Shown here: positions 1-11,600 of the stretch, piece by piece
Layout: each line of letters begins with the position of its first letter
How positions within the stretch are numbered: position 1 is the stretch's first letter
Source: an uncultured bacterium
GTDB taxonomy: Bacteria; Fidelibacterota; UBA2242; JAFGTP01
Assembly: GCA_964498725.1 (NCBI GenBank)
Contig: CAZCHS010000003.1
Location: 17,360 to 81,359 of the forward strand
DNA: 64,000 nt
Reading direction: 5' to 3'
Translations under genes and position numbers: made by a program
The notes under the pieces: model-generated
Databases searched by the model: none
Told to the model about the DNA's origin: nothing
What the model saw: only the letters and a program-made list of their open reading frames with translations

Positions 1-168
1 TTTATCTATTTTGAAGATATTCCGGCCAAGGTATCAATTTCCGAAGCTATTGAAATTGCCAAGAAATATTCTACCAAAGATAGTGGCGCTTTTGTTAATG
101 GTATATTAGATGCAATCCTGCAAGAGTTTTCCAAAAGCAATGAAACCCCCAAAAATAAGGTCGAGTAA
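1..168 (+). CDS. nusB: NusB antitermination factor, C-terminal fragment (5' end lies outside the window)
   Basis: Frame 1 reads [43 protein letters not shown]... to a TAA at 166-168. This matches the conserved NusB C-terminal pattern (EA-[IV]-E-[IL]-AK...FVNG-[IV]-LD). It is absent from the ORF track because it has no start codon in the window. Confidence 0.6.
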   Translation, partial: FIYFEDIPAKVSISEAIEIAKKYSTKDSGAFVNGILDAILQEFSKSNETPKNKVE

Positions 169-3100
169 ATGAATATTTTTTCTTTTATTGAGTCATTAAT
201 TGGAACTTATTCTGATCGTCAGATCAAAAAAATAAAACCTATTGTTGACCAGATAAATGGTATATACGGGCAGATGGCAGAAAAATCCATGGATGATCTG
301 CGTGCACGGACAGCAGAATTTAAAGAAATGATCCAGACCCGGTCGCAAGAATATGAAAAGTCGATACAAGAGCAGAATTTAACGGACAAAGAACTGCGAA
401 AAAAGATTGTGGAATTTGAGAATTCCCTCTTAGATGAAATTCTGCCGGAAGCCTTTGCAATGGTCAAGGATGTCTGCCGCAGACTGGTTGGCGAAACATG
501 GAACGCCGCCGGTTACAATGTCGAGTGGAATATGGTTCCCTATGATGTTCAGCTGATTGGAGGCATTGCCCTGCATCAGGGAAAGATTGCGGAAATGAAA
601 ACCGGTGAAGGAAAAACCCTGGTGGCAACAATGCCGATTTTTCTGAATGCTTTGACCGGCCGCGGCGTTCATGTGGTGACAGTTAATGATTACCTGGCCA
701 AGCGTGACAGCGAATGGATGGGACGGATCTATAATGAATTAGGCCTCACCTATGGCTGCATTACCAATGAGATGGCGCCGGAAGAGCGCAAGGAAGTCTA
801 TAACCGTGATATTATTTATGGTACCAATAATGAGTTAGGTTTTGATTACCTGCGCGACAATATGACATTGGAACCGGAAAGACAGGTACACCGAAATTTT
901 AATTACTGTATTATTGACGAAGTGGATAACATTTTAATTGATGAAGCCCGAACACCGCTGATCATTTCCGGCCCGGTGGCCAGTTCCGGCCATGAAAAAT
1001 ATGACAAATTGAATCCGGCAATAACCAGTCTGGTAAGAGCGCAAAAATCCCTTGTGACTAAAATGCTTGATAAAGTGCCTTCGTCACTTGAAGGTGTAGA
1101 AAATACCGAAGAGATCAGCAGAATCCTGCATATCGCGCAACAGGCGGACCCCAAACACCGCAGATTGCGGAAATTATTAGAGAATACCGCTCATCAGCGC
1201 CTGGCCAAAGAAGGGGAAAAGCAGTTTTTATTGCTCACCGGTTCAAAAACCGGGGGCAATATTTCCCAGGATGAGTATTTTAAGGACCTGTACTATTATA
1301 TCGAAGAAAAGCAGCATTCCATTACACTGACGCCAAAAGGTGAAGATAAATTGTCCAGTATTTTAGGCATCGACCCTGAGGAACTGGTTATTCCCGACCT
1401 GGGTGCTGAATATGCGAAAGTGGATGAACAAAGCGATCTCACCGACGAGGAAAAAGAAAAACGAAAAATTGAGATCGATAAAAAACATTCTGAAATATCT
1501 GACCGGTATCACAATATTTCTCAACTAATGCGCGCCCAGACACTCTATCAAAAGGATGTCGAATACGTGGTACAGGAGGGCAAGGTTCAGATTGTCGATG
1601 AATTTACCGGGAGAATTTTACCGGGCCGACGCTACAGTGACGGGCTTCACCAGGCTATCGAAGCCAAGGAAAATGTAAAAGTCGAAGCGGAAACCCAGAC
1701 TTATGCTACCATTACGCTGCAAAATTATTTTCGAATGTACGAAAAACTGGCCGGTATGACCGGTACGGCGATTACGGAAGCTTCGGAATTTGAAGATATT
1801 TACAAACTGCCGGTGATTGAAATTCCAACCAACAAGCCGATTGCCAGAATCGACCGTGAAGACCAGATTTATAAGACCAAGCGGGAAAAATATAACGCCA
1901 TTATCCAGGAAATAGAAAACCGTCACCAGAAAAAACAACCGGTACTGGTGGGAACGGTTTCCGTGGAAGTGTCTGAAACTATCAGCCGCATGCTGAAACG
2001 ACGAAAAATACCCCACAATGTACTCAATGCAAAAAATCATAAACGGGAAGCGGAAATCGTTACTATGGCCGGTCAACCCGGCGCGGTTACAATCGCCACT
2101 AATATGGCCGGTCGTGGAACGGATATTAAACTGGGTGAAGGTGTTGTTGAAAACGGTGGCCTCTTTATTCTGGGGACTGAGCGACATGAATCCCGGCGAA
2201 TTGACTTGCAGTTACGGGGTCGCGCCGGACGTCAGGGAGACCCCGGTGAATCGATATTCTTCCTGTCACTGGAAGACGATCTGATGCGCCTGTTCAACAG
2301 CGATCGCATTATTTCCATCATGGACCGGTTAGGCGTTGAAGAGGGCCAGGTGATCACCCATTCAATGGTCAGTAAATCCATTGAGCGGGCTCAGAAAAAA
2401 GTAGAAGGCCGCAACTTCAGCATCAGAAAGCATTTGCTGGAATATGACGATGTTATGAACCAGCAGCGTGAGATCATCTATGACCGCCGGAATTACGCCC
2501 TGAAGGGCAATAATCTCAAAGAAGAACTCGTCGATATCCTTGTTCGCTTTGTTGATTATGTTTTTGATGAAAATTGCGACGAAAAGGAAAAAAGCGAGCA
2601 CTGGAACTGGGATGCTGTCAAAACCGAGATGATCAATACCCTGGGGATTGATTTTGATGAAAAGGAATTTTTTGATAAATCACTGACGGAAGCCAAAGAC
2701 CTTTTTATTGATAAAGCAAAGGAAGTCTATAACCTGCGGGAAAAATATATTGGTGCCGACCGTATCCGTTTTATGGAACGTTATTTTACGCTTCAGGTGA
2801 TTGATGATTCCTGGAAAAACCATCTCTACGCCATGGACCAACTTAAAGAAGGGATCAACTGGCGCGCTTACGGCCAGAAAGACCCGCTGCTGGAATATAA
2901 AGGGGAAGCTTTTCAGGCCTTTAGCAAAATGTTAGACGATATAGATATAAAAATTCTTAAATTGTGCTATCGAACAGTTATCCAGGAATCCGAAGCCAGC
3001 CGCAAACAGCAGGAGGCACAAAAAATTCGAACCGTCCATGAAGATGCTATTGGGATGGGCATGTCCGGGCAGCCGGAAGGCGGGCCGCCGAAACCAACCC

Positions 3101-3195
3101 AGCCGCGTCATGTTGAAAAGAAAGTCGGACGAAATGACCCCTGTCCCTGTGGATCGGGAAAAAAATATAAGAAATGCCACGGTAAAAATATATAG
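169..3195 (+). CDS. secA: Preprotein translocase ATPase SecA
   Basis: 1008 aa. Walker A is MKTGEGKTLVAT and the DEAD-like box is IIDEVDNILIDEARTPLIISG. The C-terminal zinc motif is CPCGSGKKYKKCHG. The ATG directly follows the nusB stop. Confidence 0.97.
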   Translation: MNIFSFIESLIGTYSDRQIKKIKPIVDQINGIYGQMAEKSMDDLRARTAEFKEMIQTRSQEYEKSIQEQNLTDKELRKKIVEFENSLLDEILPEAFAMVKDVCRRLVGETWNAAGYNVEWNMVPYDVQLIGGIALHQGKIAEMKTGEGKTLVATMPIFLNALTGRGVHVVTVNDYLAKRDSEWMGRIYNELGLTYGCITNEMAPEERKEVYNRDIIYGTNNELGFDYLRDNMTLEPERQVHRNFNYCIIDEVDNILIDEARTPLIISGPVASSGHEKYDKLNPAITSLVRAQKSLVTKMLDKVPSSLEGVENTEEISRILHIAQQADPKHRRLRKLLENTAHQRLAKEGEKQFLLLTGSKTGGNISQDEYFKDLYYYIEEKQHSITLTPKGEDKLSSILGIDPEELVIPDLGAEYAKVDEQSDLTDEEKEKRKIEIDKKHSEISDRYHNISQLMRAQTLYQKDVEYVVQEGKVQIVDEFTGRILPGRRYSDGLHQAIEAKENVKVEAETQTYATITLQNYFRMYEKLAGMTGTAITEASEFEDIYKLPVIEIPTNKPIARIDREDQIYKTKREKYNAIIQEIENRHQKKQPVLVGTVSVEVSETISRMLKRRKIPHNVLNAKNHKREAEIVTMAGQPGAVTIATNMAGRGTDIKLGEGVVENGGLFILGTERHESRRIDLQLRGRAGRQGDPGESIFFLSLEDDLMRLFNSDRIISIMDRLGVEEGQVITHSMVSKSIERAQKKVEGRNFSIRKHLLEYDDVMNQQREIIYDRRNYALKGNNLKEELVDILVRFVDYVFDENCDEKEKSEHWNWDAVKTEMINTLGIDFDEKEFFDKSLTEAKDLFIDKAKEVYNLREKYIGADRIRFMERYFTLQVIDDSWKNHLYAMDQLKEGINWRAYGQKDPLLEYKGEAFQAFSKMLDDIDIKILKLCYRTVIQESEASRKQQEAQKIRTVHEDAIGMGMSGQPEGGPPKPTQPRHVEKKVGRNDPCPCGSGKKYKKCHGKNI

Positions 3196-3249
3196 GCCAA
3201 AATTACTGTCTTTTGGTCATGATTATTTGATGAAAATGTAAAATATTAT

Positions 3250-3278
3250 TTGCCTTTCTGGTATTATTGCGGTAATTT
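3250..3278 (+). promoter_or_regulatory. Candidate sigma70-type promoter for tRNA-Leu
   Basis: TTGCCT (3250-3255), 17-nt spacer, TAATTT (3273-3278), ending 15 nt upstream of the mature tRNA 5' end. This is a motif match by eye only, and FCB-group promoters may use a different consensus. Confidence 0.25.
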
Positions 3279-3293
3279 TCGCCCGCTATTTGA

Positions 3294-3376
3294 GCCGTGG
3301 TGGTGGAATTGGTAGACACGCTAGACTTAGGATCTAGTGCCATATAGGTGTAAGAGTTCGAGTCTCTTCCGCGGCA
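3294..3376 (+). tRNA. tRNA-Leu, anticodon UAG (type II, long variable arm)
   Basis: The 7-bp acceptor stem pairs GCCGTGG with CCGCGGC and includes one G-U pair. The D-loop is GGAATTGGTAGA and the anticodon loop is CTTAGGA (TAG). The long variable arm is GTGCCATATAGGTGT and the T-arm is AAGAG-TTCGAGT-CTCTT. The discriminator is A and CCA is not encoded. Confidence 0.9.
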
Positions 3377-3396
3377 CTAAACAAAAGGGTAAATGA

Positions 3397-4659
3397 ATGA
3401 AAACAGTATTAGAAAATGTAAGTGACGTCGAAAAACTTCTCAAAGTAACTTTTGAGTGGGATGAAGTAAAAAATGATTATGAAAAGATCGTAAATGAATT
3501 ACGCAAGAATTTAAAACTGGATGGTTTTCGACCGGGTAAAGTACCGGTGAAACTTGCCAAACGGCATTTGGGCCCCCGCATCCAGTATGATTTTATCAAT
3601 AAAGTAATTGAAAAAACCTTTGAAGATGCTGTTAAAGATGCCGGAATCAAGGACTATGTCGGTTCCGCTCTGCAGGATGTCAAATTCGAAGAAAATGAAC
3701 CCTTTGAATATCATATCAAGTTGGAAGTCGATCCGGAAATCACCCTGCCTGATTACAAAGAAGGCTTTACCGCACAGAAAAAAGAATATGTGATCGAAGA
3801 CGATGATGTGGAAAAGTATATGGATTCCGTCAAGAAAGAACGGGCGGAAGTGGAAAAAATTGAAGCCCCGATAGAATCCGGCCATTTTGTGACCGTTGAC
3901 ATGGAAAAAGAAGATGGCAAAGAAAAAAAAGAAGATGTCAAATTGCAGGTAGGTGAAGAACCCCTAATAGGTGAGGCTGAAAAAGCAATCCTTGGTAAGG
4001 AAGCCGGTGACGAACTCACGCTGGAACTAAAATTAGGTGAAACCGATGCGCAGACCTATAAACTGACAATAAAAAGTGTTGAAAAATATAATTTTCCTGA
4101 AATCAATGATGAATGGGTAAAAGAAAACCTGGAAACAGTGGATACCCTGGAAGAGTGGAAAAACCAGATCAAAGATTCCATGAAAAAAGAACTGGAAAGC
4201 CGGGCAAAACAGGAATATGAACAGAATATCAGGCAATGGTTCTATGATAATATGGAAATTAGCTTGCCCCAGGCCAGGGTGGAAAATTACCTGGAAGGCA
4301 TGGTCAAGCAATTCAATTATCAGCAGGGCGGACAGAGTAACATCGACCCGGAAGAGATCAAAAAAATCTACCGTCCCCAGGCAGAAGAAAGTGTTCGCTG
4401 GTTTTTGATCGAAGAAAAGATCAAAGAAGAAGAGGGACTTGATGTCACTTCCGATGATTATAACGCCAAGGTTGATGAGATGCTGCAACAGTATCCTGAA
4501 GACCAGCGTGAACAGTTTAGAAGTATTTATGACCAGGACAATTATAAACAGCAACTGGAAATGCAAATATTATCTGAAAAGGTTTTTGAGCATATCAAAA
4601 GCTTTGTCAATGAAGATATTGAAGAAATTAAAACAAGTGAATTAATGAAAAAATCCTGA
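3397..4659 (+). CDS. tig: Trigger factor
   Basis: 420 aa with the ribosome-binding signature GFRPGKVP near the N-terminus. It shows the acidic, K/E-rich composition typical of trigger factor and the canonical position upstream of clpP. Confidence 0.93.
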   Translation: MKTVLENVSDVEKLLKVTFEWDEVKNDYEKIVNELRKNLKLDGFRPGKVPVKLAKRHLGPRIQYDFINKVIEKTFEDAVKDAGIKDYVGSALQDVKFEENEPFEYHIKLEVDPEITLPDYKEGFTAQKKEYVIEDDDVEKYMDSVKKERAEVEKIEAPIESGHFVTVDMEKEDGKEKKEDVKLQVGEEPLIGEAEKAILGKEAGDELTLELKLGETDAQTYKLTIKSVEKYNFPEINDEWVKENLETVDTLEEWKNQIKDSMKKELESRAKQEYEQNIRQWFYDNMEISLPQARVENYLEGMVKQFNYQQGGQSNIDPEEIKKIYRPQAEESVRWFLIEEKIKEEEGLDVTSDDYNAKVDEMLQQYPEDQREQFRSIYDQDNYKQQLEMQILSEKVFEHIKSFVNEDIEEIKTSELMKKS

Positions 4660-5273
4660 TGACTAAAAATCAAAAAATATACAATTCCATGCTTGTGCCC
4701 ATGGTGGTTGAACAGACTGACCGTGGTGAACGGTCCTTTGATATCTACTCAAGATTATTAAAAGACAGAATAATATTTTTAGGCAGCGCTGTGGATGACA
4801 ATGTTGCCAACCTGGTGATAGCACAGCTGCTATTTCTACAATCAGAAGATTCGGACACGGATATTTCATTATATATAAACAGTCCCGGTGGATCGGTTTC
4901 AGCAGGATTGGCGATTTTGGATACCATGAATTTTATCAAGCCCGATGTTTCCACCATATGTTTGGGGCAGGCCGCCAGTATGGGCGCAATTTTGCTTGCC
5001 GGTGGTGAAAAAGGGAAACGGAAAATATTGCCCAACAGCCGTGTGATGATTCACCAGCCTTTAGGCGGCATTGAAGGTCAGGCGGCAGATATTGAAATCC
5101 ATGCCCGGGAAATTATCTCTATCCGTAAGAAAATCAATGTTTTACTATCGGAAATGACCGGTAAGACCGTAGAGCAAATTAATAAAGATTCTGATCGTAA
5201 TTATTTCATGAGCGCCACTGAGGCCGTTGATTACGGTTTAGTTGATCAAATTATCTCCCCTCTAAAAAAATAA
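4659..5273 (+). CDS. clpP: ATP-dependent Clp protease proteolytic subunit
   Basis: 204 aa. The Ser-His-Asp contexts are [16 protein letters not shown] and [10 protein letters not shown]. It overlaps the tig stop by 1 nt (TGATG). Confidence 0.95.
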   Translation: MTKNQKIYNSMLVPMVVEQTDRGERSFDIYSRLLKDRIIFLGSAVDDNVANLVIAQLLFLQSEDSDTDISLYINSPGGSVSAGLAILDTMNFIKPDVSTICLGQAASMGAILLAGGEKGKRKILPNSRVMIHQPLGGIEGQAADIEIHAREIISIRKKINVLLSEMTGKTVEQINKDSDRNYFMSATEAVDYGLVDQIISPLKK

Positions 5274-5295
5274 TTCCCCTATTCTTAAAAAAGAC

Positions 5296-5325
5296 TTGAC
5301 TTCGACCTATTATTCCTTTTATATT
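5296..5325 (+). promoter_or_regulatory. Candidate sigma70-type promoter for the outer-membrane operon 5617-13158
   Basis: TTGACT (5296-5301), 18-nt spacer, TATATT (5320-5325). It would give a leader of roughly 290 nt. Motif match only. Confidence 0.3.
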
Positions 5326-5616
5326 TCTTTAAGGAGAGAGGAAACTAAAACATTATGTTTTATTTACAATTAAATGAAAGTTAAATAAATTAGTTTGGTA
5401 TAAAATTGTTTTATAAAGGGATTAGGTAAAACAATTTTGGCGCTATTTTTATTGATATAAATTGGAGGATTAGTATGGTGCGAGGATTTAAACAATACAA
5501 AACTTTTCACTCCCTATAATTAAAATTGTTGGAATTAATTCGCTGTCATGCGTGAAGTGGACAGTGAATTATATATATTCATTAAGTTCGTATTAACTTT
5601 AATAAGGAGGATTAGT

Positions 5617-8600
5617 ATGGTACGACGACTTAACTTGTTTTTAGTCTTGCTGTTTATACCGTTTTTCCTGTTTGCTCAGGATGGTAAAATAGCAGGTACA
5701 GTTGTTGACAAGGCAACTGGAGAACCTCTCGCAGGTGTGAACGTAATCGTGGAAGATGCGGCATACACGCTGGGTTCTGCTACAGATATGAACGGATATT
5801 ATGCCATTATTAGTGTACCGGACGGTAGTTATACTGTTCGCGTATCTTATATGGGTAAGAAAACTGTCCGTGTTTCTGATGTACGTGTTTCCTCAGGATT
5901 GACCACAGAACTCAATTTTGAATTGGAAGACAGAGTGCTGGAAGGAGAAGTAGTAGAAGTAACTGCTGAAAGAAAACTTTTCCGGAAAGACGCCACTTCA
6001 AATGTTGGCATGTCCAATGCTGAAGATATTGAAAACCTGCCGGTAAGAGGCACTCAAAATCTTATCGAAAATATGGCCGGTGTAGTGGTTCAGGACGGTA
6101 ATGTCCACATTCGTGGTGGCCGTGATGATGAAGTCGGCTATTTTGTTAATGGTGTTTCAACGATTGATCCTACCAGAAACACACAGGCTGTCCATGTAAT
6201 TACAGAAGCTGTGGAAGAAATACAGGTACTAACCGGTGGTTATACCGCTGAAATGGGCGGCGCCACTTCCGGTATCGTAAAAACCGAATTGAAAGCCGGC
6301 GGACCGAAATTCAAAGGCTCTGTGGATGTCAGAACCGATGGTTTTGGTGATCCGGAAGAAGGCACCCAGTTTCTTGACACCTACACCTATGGTCATCAGA
6401 CTGCTGTCGCCACAATTAGCGGTCCATTGTTTTCTGACAAAATTACCTTTTTCATGGCTGGTGAATACCAGAACAGAGATGATGCTCTTGTCAGATTCAG
6501 TGACGGGTTTGAGTTCAAAGACATGATTGACATGAGCCCCTATACTGCTGAAAAAGACACCGTTGATTTGATTTATCCCGATGGGTTTACACCAAAAGAA
6601 GGTTTGCAAAGAGGTTCTTTGAATGGAACCGTAACTTTAGACCTGCCAGTCAGAGTTACATTGGGCGGCATGTATCAGAATCAAAGATCTGATGTATCCA
6701 CTGCGCCGATGTTAACCACTCTGAATGACAGGGTACCTTACAATGATTATACATCAACATTGTTAACTGCAAAATTGACCAAAACCTTTTCATCCAAATC
6801 TTTGTTTGAAGTAAAACTGAGTTATTTTAACTCAACTTTCGAACGCGGCGATAGTTGGTTTGACCATGATTGGGAAAAATGGTATGACAGTACAGCTGTA
6901 TATGACTATACTGCTGAAAATTATGATGATCCGGTTGAATACAGAGACGCCTGGAGACCAAAATATAATTACAGTATTCATGGTTTTCCTGTTCATAGAC
7001 CCGGTGCACCCAATAATTTCTATTTTAAAGAAAAACAGAGTTATATGGGCGCGAAAGCGGATTATAAAACCCAGTTGGGCAGACACCATGAAATTAAAAC
7101 CGGTATTGACTACCGTATCTATACAATCAGGTCCTTTAATATTGCACCTTCTGTAATGCAGTTCACTGCAGAACCGGGTACAATGCCTTTTACAACTTAC
7201 GGCAGCATTGAAGATGTACCTGTGGACCTGTGGAACCTCAATGGCGGTGTTGATGCTTACGGATTTGACCTCTATGGCGATGAAGTTGATGAAGATCAAG
7301 AATACAGAGATGATGACGGTACTTTGTTAGTATTAACAGAAGCGCCGAAACAACCGGTTAATTTTGCTGCTTATGTGCAGGACAAAATTGAATATAATGA
7401 TTTGATCATTAATGCCGGTCTGAGAATGGATTATTTTGATGCTGATGACAGAGACCTGAAAAATCCGGCTAACCCGGAAGTGGATAAAGATGCCCAGATG
7501 CTGGCAGAAGAGGCCTGGGAAGACAGTGGCCCTTTTATTGAAATACAGCCAAGACTTGGTTTTTCATTCCCGACGGGACCCCAAACTGTATTTTACTTAC
7601 AGTATGGAAAATTTACCCAGATGCCCGAATACGGCAATATGTACACCAGTACGCCTTTTACACTGGCGCGCCAGGTTGTACGCCAGGGTTATTACTTTAT
7701 GGATCCGGTTGGATTTGGTCTTGAACCCATCAGAACAACCAACTATGAATTGGGCTGGAGACAGCAAATTGCTGAAAATGCGGCTTTGGAAGTTACTGCA
7801 TTTTATAAAAATATCAGAGGTTTGATACAGACTATTAAAACTCTACCGGAACCCGGATCTGACATTCCCGGTTCTTATATGCGTCTTGAAAACGGTGACT
7901 TTGCAACCAACAAAGGTTTGGAAATGCGCCTGACTTTACGCAGAACCAACAGAGTGTCCGGACAGATTAACTATACTTACACAGATGCTGAAGGTACCGC
8001 TTCCAACAGTACCGCTAACTCGGCGGCAGTCTATAGTAACACGATTTTACCGACAACCATCAACCCGCTGGATTATTCACAGCAACATACCGGATCCATT
8101 AATATGGATTACCGTTTCGGTAAAAACGACGGCGGCCCGATCCTGGAACAAATGGGACTCAACCTGTTAATGAAATTTTCAAGCGGCCATCCATATACCC
8201 ATGTATATGCTGATATTGGTGGTCAGGCTGATCCTTATACTGCCGGTATTGACTATATGGATGACACAAGAACACGTCATGCCCTGGAACCGGTTGGTTC
8301 TTCAACAACACCCTGGACTTTAACCACTGATTTAAGATTGGATAAGTCCTTTGATATTGGTCGTTTTAGAGCTACAGCATATGTTATTGTTAATAATCTT
8401 TTCAATGCGAAAAATGTGCTGAATGTATATGAAATGACTGGCTCTGCAGAAGACGATGGTTTCTTAACAGATCCTGAAAGATCAGGTAAAACCATCTCGG
8501 CTTATGGTGGTCAGAACTATATTGATATGTACAGAGCTATTAACCTGAAAAATGGACAAGCCTATTGGAACAGTATTGGACGTCAGCTATATGGTACGCC

Positions 8601-8637
8601 AAGACAGATTCATTTCGGCATCAAATTTATGTTTTAA
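5617..8637 (+). CDS. TonB-dependent-receptor-like outer-membrane barrel with an N-terminal CarboxypepD_reg-like domain
   Basis: I prefer the start at ATG 5617, preceded by AGGAGG. This gives the signal peptide MVRRLNLFLVLLFIPFFLFAQ. The CarboxypepD_reg pattern is GKIAGTVVDKATGEPLAGVNVIV...GYYAI..VPDGSYTVRVSYMG. The plug-like segment is IENMAGVVVQDGNVHIRGGRDDEVGYFVNGVS. A long beta-rich region ends in HFGIKFMF with a C-terminal Phe. Confidence 0.8.
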   Translation: MVRRLNLFLVLLFIPFFLFAQDGKIAGTVVDKATGEPLAGVNVIVEDAAYTLGSATDMNGYYAIISVPDGSYTVRVSYMGKKTVRVSDVRVSSGLTTELNFELEDRVLEGEVVEVTAERKLFRKDATSNVGMSNAEDIENLPVRGTQNLIENMAGVVVQDGNVHIRGGRDDEVGYFVNGVSTIDPTRNTQAVHVITEAVEEIQVLTGGYTAEMGGATSGIVKTELKAGGPKFKGSVDVRTDGFGDPEEGTQFLDTYTYGHQTAVATISGPLFSDKITFFMAGEYQNRDDALVRFSDGFEFKDMIDMSPYTAEKDTVDLIYPDGFTPKEGLQRGSLNGTVTLDLPVRVTLGGMYQNQRSDVSTAPMLTTLNDRVPYNDYTSTLLTAKLTKTFSSKSLFEVKLSYFNSTFERGDSWFDHDWEKWYDSTAVYDYTAENYDDPVEYRDAWRPKYNYSIHGFPVHRPGAPNNFYFKEKQSYMGAKADYKTQLGRHHEIKTGIDYRIYTIRSFNIAPSVMQFTAEPGTMPFTTYGSIEDVPVDLWNLNGGVDAYGFDLYGDEVDEDQEYRDDDGTLLVLTEAPKQPVNFAAYVQDKIEYNDLIINAGLRMDYFDADDRDLKNPANPEVDKDAQMLAEEAWEDSGPFIEIQPRLGFSFPTGPQTVFYLQYGKFTQMPEYGNMYTSTPFTLARQVVRQGYYFMDPVGFGLEPIRTTNYELGWRQQIAENAALEVTAFYKNIRGLIQTIKTLPEPGSDIPGSYMRLENGDFATNKGLEMRLTLRRTNRVSGQINYTYTDAEGTASNSTANSAAVYSNTILPTTINPLDYSQQHTGSINMDYRFGKNDGGPILEQMGLNLLMKFSSGHPYTHVYADIGGQADPYTAGIDYMDDTRTRHALEPVGSSTTPWTLTTDLRLDKSFDIGRFRATAYVIVNNLFNAKNVLNVYEMTGSAEDDGFLTDPERSGKTISAYGGQNYIDMYRAINLKNGQAYWNSIGRQLYGTPRQIHFGIKFMF

Positions 8638-8695
8638 GTTTGACTAACTAAAAACCTAATTGTTCAGGAATAACAAGCTCTAAGGAGATAAAAAT

Positions 8696-11600
8696 ATGAG
8701 AAAATTTAAAATAGTAGTGACATTATTAATTGTGATAAGTCTTGCTATGGGATTAATGGCCCGGGAACCGGAAGGTTTTGTGCCGAGACCTATGGAAAAG
8801 ACAAGTCTGAATCAGACAAACAGAACAATGTCTAATATTTCTAACTGGGGATATTGGATGTATGCAAGTGGAAAATCAGCTCAAAAACCCAATGGTAATT
8901 CCGGGGGTGTTTATCCCAGAGGAACTGCCGGAGCTATCTACCAGGATGGTTTGGTATGGGCTGGAAAATTTGACGGCCAGGAAGATGATATACGTCTTGG
9001 CGGTGTAACTTATTCAATTGGTACAACTGCCGGTTGGATCAATGATGACGGTTCCGCCGCTTCCCCATCTGATGAAAGAGTAAAAATCTGGCGTATACGC
9101 CCGGATTATGAAACTTTAACTTATGACCAGGTGCGCAATGACGCTATGGAACTGAACGAACTCAGTAAACCGGGTGAGGTAACTGACGCCATGTGTCAGG
9201 CCGTGATTGACCAGTACAAAGAAGACTGGGAAAACTGGCCGGTTGACCTGGGCGCACCTTATGTTGACGTCAATGGCGACGGTGAATATAATGGCGATGA
9301 CTATCCGGGAATTGCTGATGCCGACCAGGTGGTATGGCAGGTGACCAATGATCTTGACCGTACAGCCTGTTTGAGCCTTGGTGGTTCAGAACCCATGGGT
9401 ATTGAATTACAGATCACAGCCTGGGCTTACGCACAGCCCGGCGCCCGTCTGGGACAAATTATTTTTAAAAAATATAAATTCATCAACAAATCAGGCAAAG
9501 ATATCACTGATATGTATGTATCCCAGTGGGCTGACCCTGATTTAGGTAATGCTGCTGACGACTTTGTTGGTTGTGATACGACACTTAGTCTGGGTTATGC
9601 CTATAATGGTGAAAAAACTGATAGTGATTATGATGCCTTTGATTTGGCTCCTGCGGCTTTTGGTTATGACTTTTTTCAGGGACCAATGGTTGACGGTGTT
9701 GCCGGACAGGACCTTAACAGAAATGGTGTTGATGATGCGGAAGATTACGCAGTATTTGACTTAAAACAGGTGGGCCCCGGTAAAATTAATTTGCCAATGT
9801 CCTCTTTTGGATGGTTTGCTGCCGGTTCTCCGATAGAAGACCCGACACTGGGTGAATACGAGGGTACTTTGCAGTGGTACAACCTCATGAGAGGTTTTAA
9901 GCCTACTGATGATATTGATGATCCATCACCCTGGAGATTGGGAAATATTGACGGTAATCCAACCACAAAATTCCCCATGGCCGGTGACCCGGTTGCGGGA
10001 GAAGGTTATATCGATGGTAAAGATGAATACTTTCCACCGGGCGACCGTCGTATGTGTCTGACTGCCGGACCATTTGATTTCGCAGATGGTGAAACTCAGG
10101 AAGTTGTAGTGGCTGTGCTGGGTGGACTTGGTGACGATAACCTCAGTTCTATCACCGATTTAAAAATGACTGATCAAATCGCCCAAACACTTTATAACAA
10201 GGCCTTTGCCGGCATTCCAAAAGCGCCGAAAGGCCCGGAAGCCACAATCGTTCCTTTTGAAGATGAAATTGTTATCGACTGGGGGTCTAACCTGGACGCT
10301 GTCGCAGCAACCGAAGACCGGGTAATTGCCGGTTATGAATTCGAAGGTTACAATGTATACCAGTTGCCTAAATCTTCTTCTTCAATTAATGATGCCAAAA
10401 AAATTGCCACTTTTGATAAAGTCAATGGCGTAACAACCATTATGGGTAAAAAGTTTTTATCACAATATGGCGCAGAAGTTATGGTGCCTGTGCAAAAAGG
10501 CTTAGACAAAGGTGTGCAGCGATACATGAGAATTGATGAAGATCATATCACAGGCAAACCGCTCTATGAAGGCAAGACCTATTATTTCGCGGTAACTGCC
10601 TATAACTATAATGCCTCACCAACACTGATCGAAGCCAAATCACTGGAATCTTCATTGGTCGGACAGTCTGTCGTAGTTCAGGAGCCCAAACCGGGTGACG
10701 AAATGAGTGAAGAACATGGAAATCAGTTTGATATCACTCATGACGGCCCCAGTGACGGACAGGTTAGTGTACAGGTTATTGATCCTAACAAACTGACCGG
10801 CGATTCCTATACAATATTTTTTGAACTGGATACTGATACCAATTCAGTAACCTATGACGAATATGTATGGGGTGTCAAAGATGGTTCCGGAAATGTGATT
10901 TTTGACGGAGAACCGCAGGCGGCGGACCTCGAAGGAGCAGCCAGTGCGCCAATTTTTGACGGTCTTCAGGTTAGAGTAGCCGGCCCGGCTCTGGGTTTAA
11001 AAGCAGTTTATGAAACTGATGCTGATGGCAATATCGTAGATGATGCTGTTACTCCGTTTTTTGGCCCCAGCCTTGGTACAACAGGCTATTTACTTTCTAA
11101 CCGCGGAGGAGCCATAAATCAGGAACCTTTTAATTTAGATTTTGATAGATTTGGATACTGGGGAATGGATGATCTGGAAATCGATTTTACAGAAGAATCC
11201 TTAACCTGGGAATACATTAATGAAATCGTTAATGTCGATGCTGAAACAGGGGATCCCTATTACGCGCCTTTTTCAATTTACAGACATGTCTTTGCCACCG
11301 GTGAAAAACAGAGATTGTTTGCCGGCTTCTACGATTCAGATGGCAGCGGTACATGGAACATGCCACAGGATGAAGACGGGGCATACCATTGGGAAGGCCC
11401 GATTTACGAAGCACCCAGTTATGAACCGATCTATGCATGGGTCGGCGCTGATGCCAATGGTAATGAAATCAATTACGATCCGGCAAATGAAGCACAATAT
11501 ATTAATGACAACTCACTTGCAACATCTGCCAATACAACCTGGGGTGGCGGAACACATCCTGTTTTCCATTATCCCTATTTAACAGGAGCACTTTTCACAA

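Noticed and set aside
1618-2187. A 189-aa minus-strand ORF, and many 60-125-aa ORFs, inside secA, tig, clpP and other genes.
   Set aside because: All are embedded in strongly supported genes on the opposite strand or in another frame, and none has a motif or RBS.
5274-5300. Absence of clpX after tig-clpP, and absence of ruvB after ruvC-ruvA at 62250.
   Set aside because: Operon composition varies among phyla, and both genes may be elsewhere in the genome. This is not evidence of anything unusual from the window alone.
5548-5616. The upstream start (MREVDSELY...) given by the ORF track for the TonB-type barrel gene.
   Set aside because: The extension has no SD and would bury the signal peptide. 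ATG 5617 has a perfect AGGAGG and yields a standard signal peptide.
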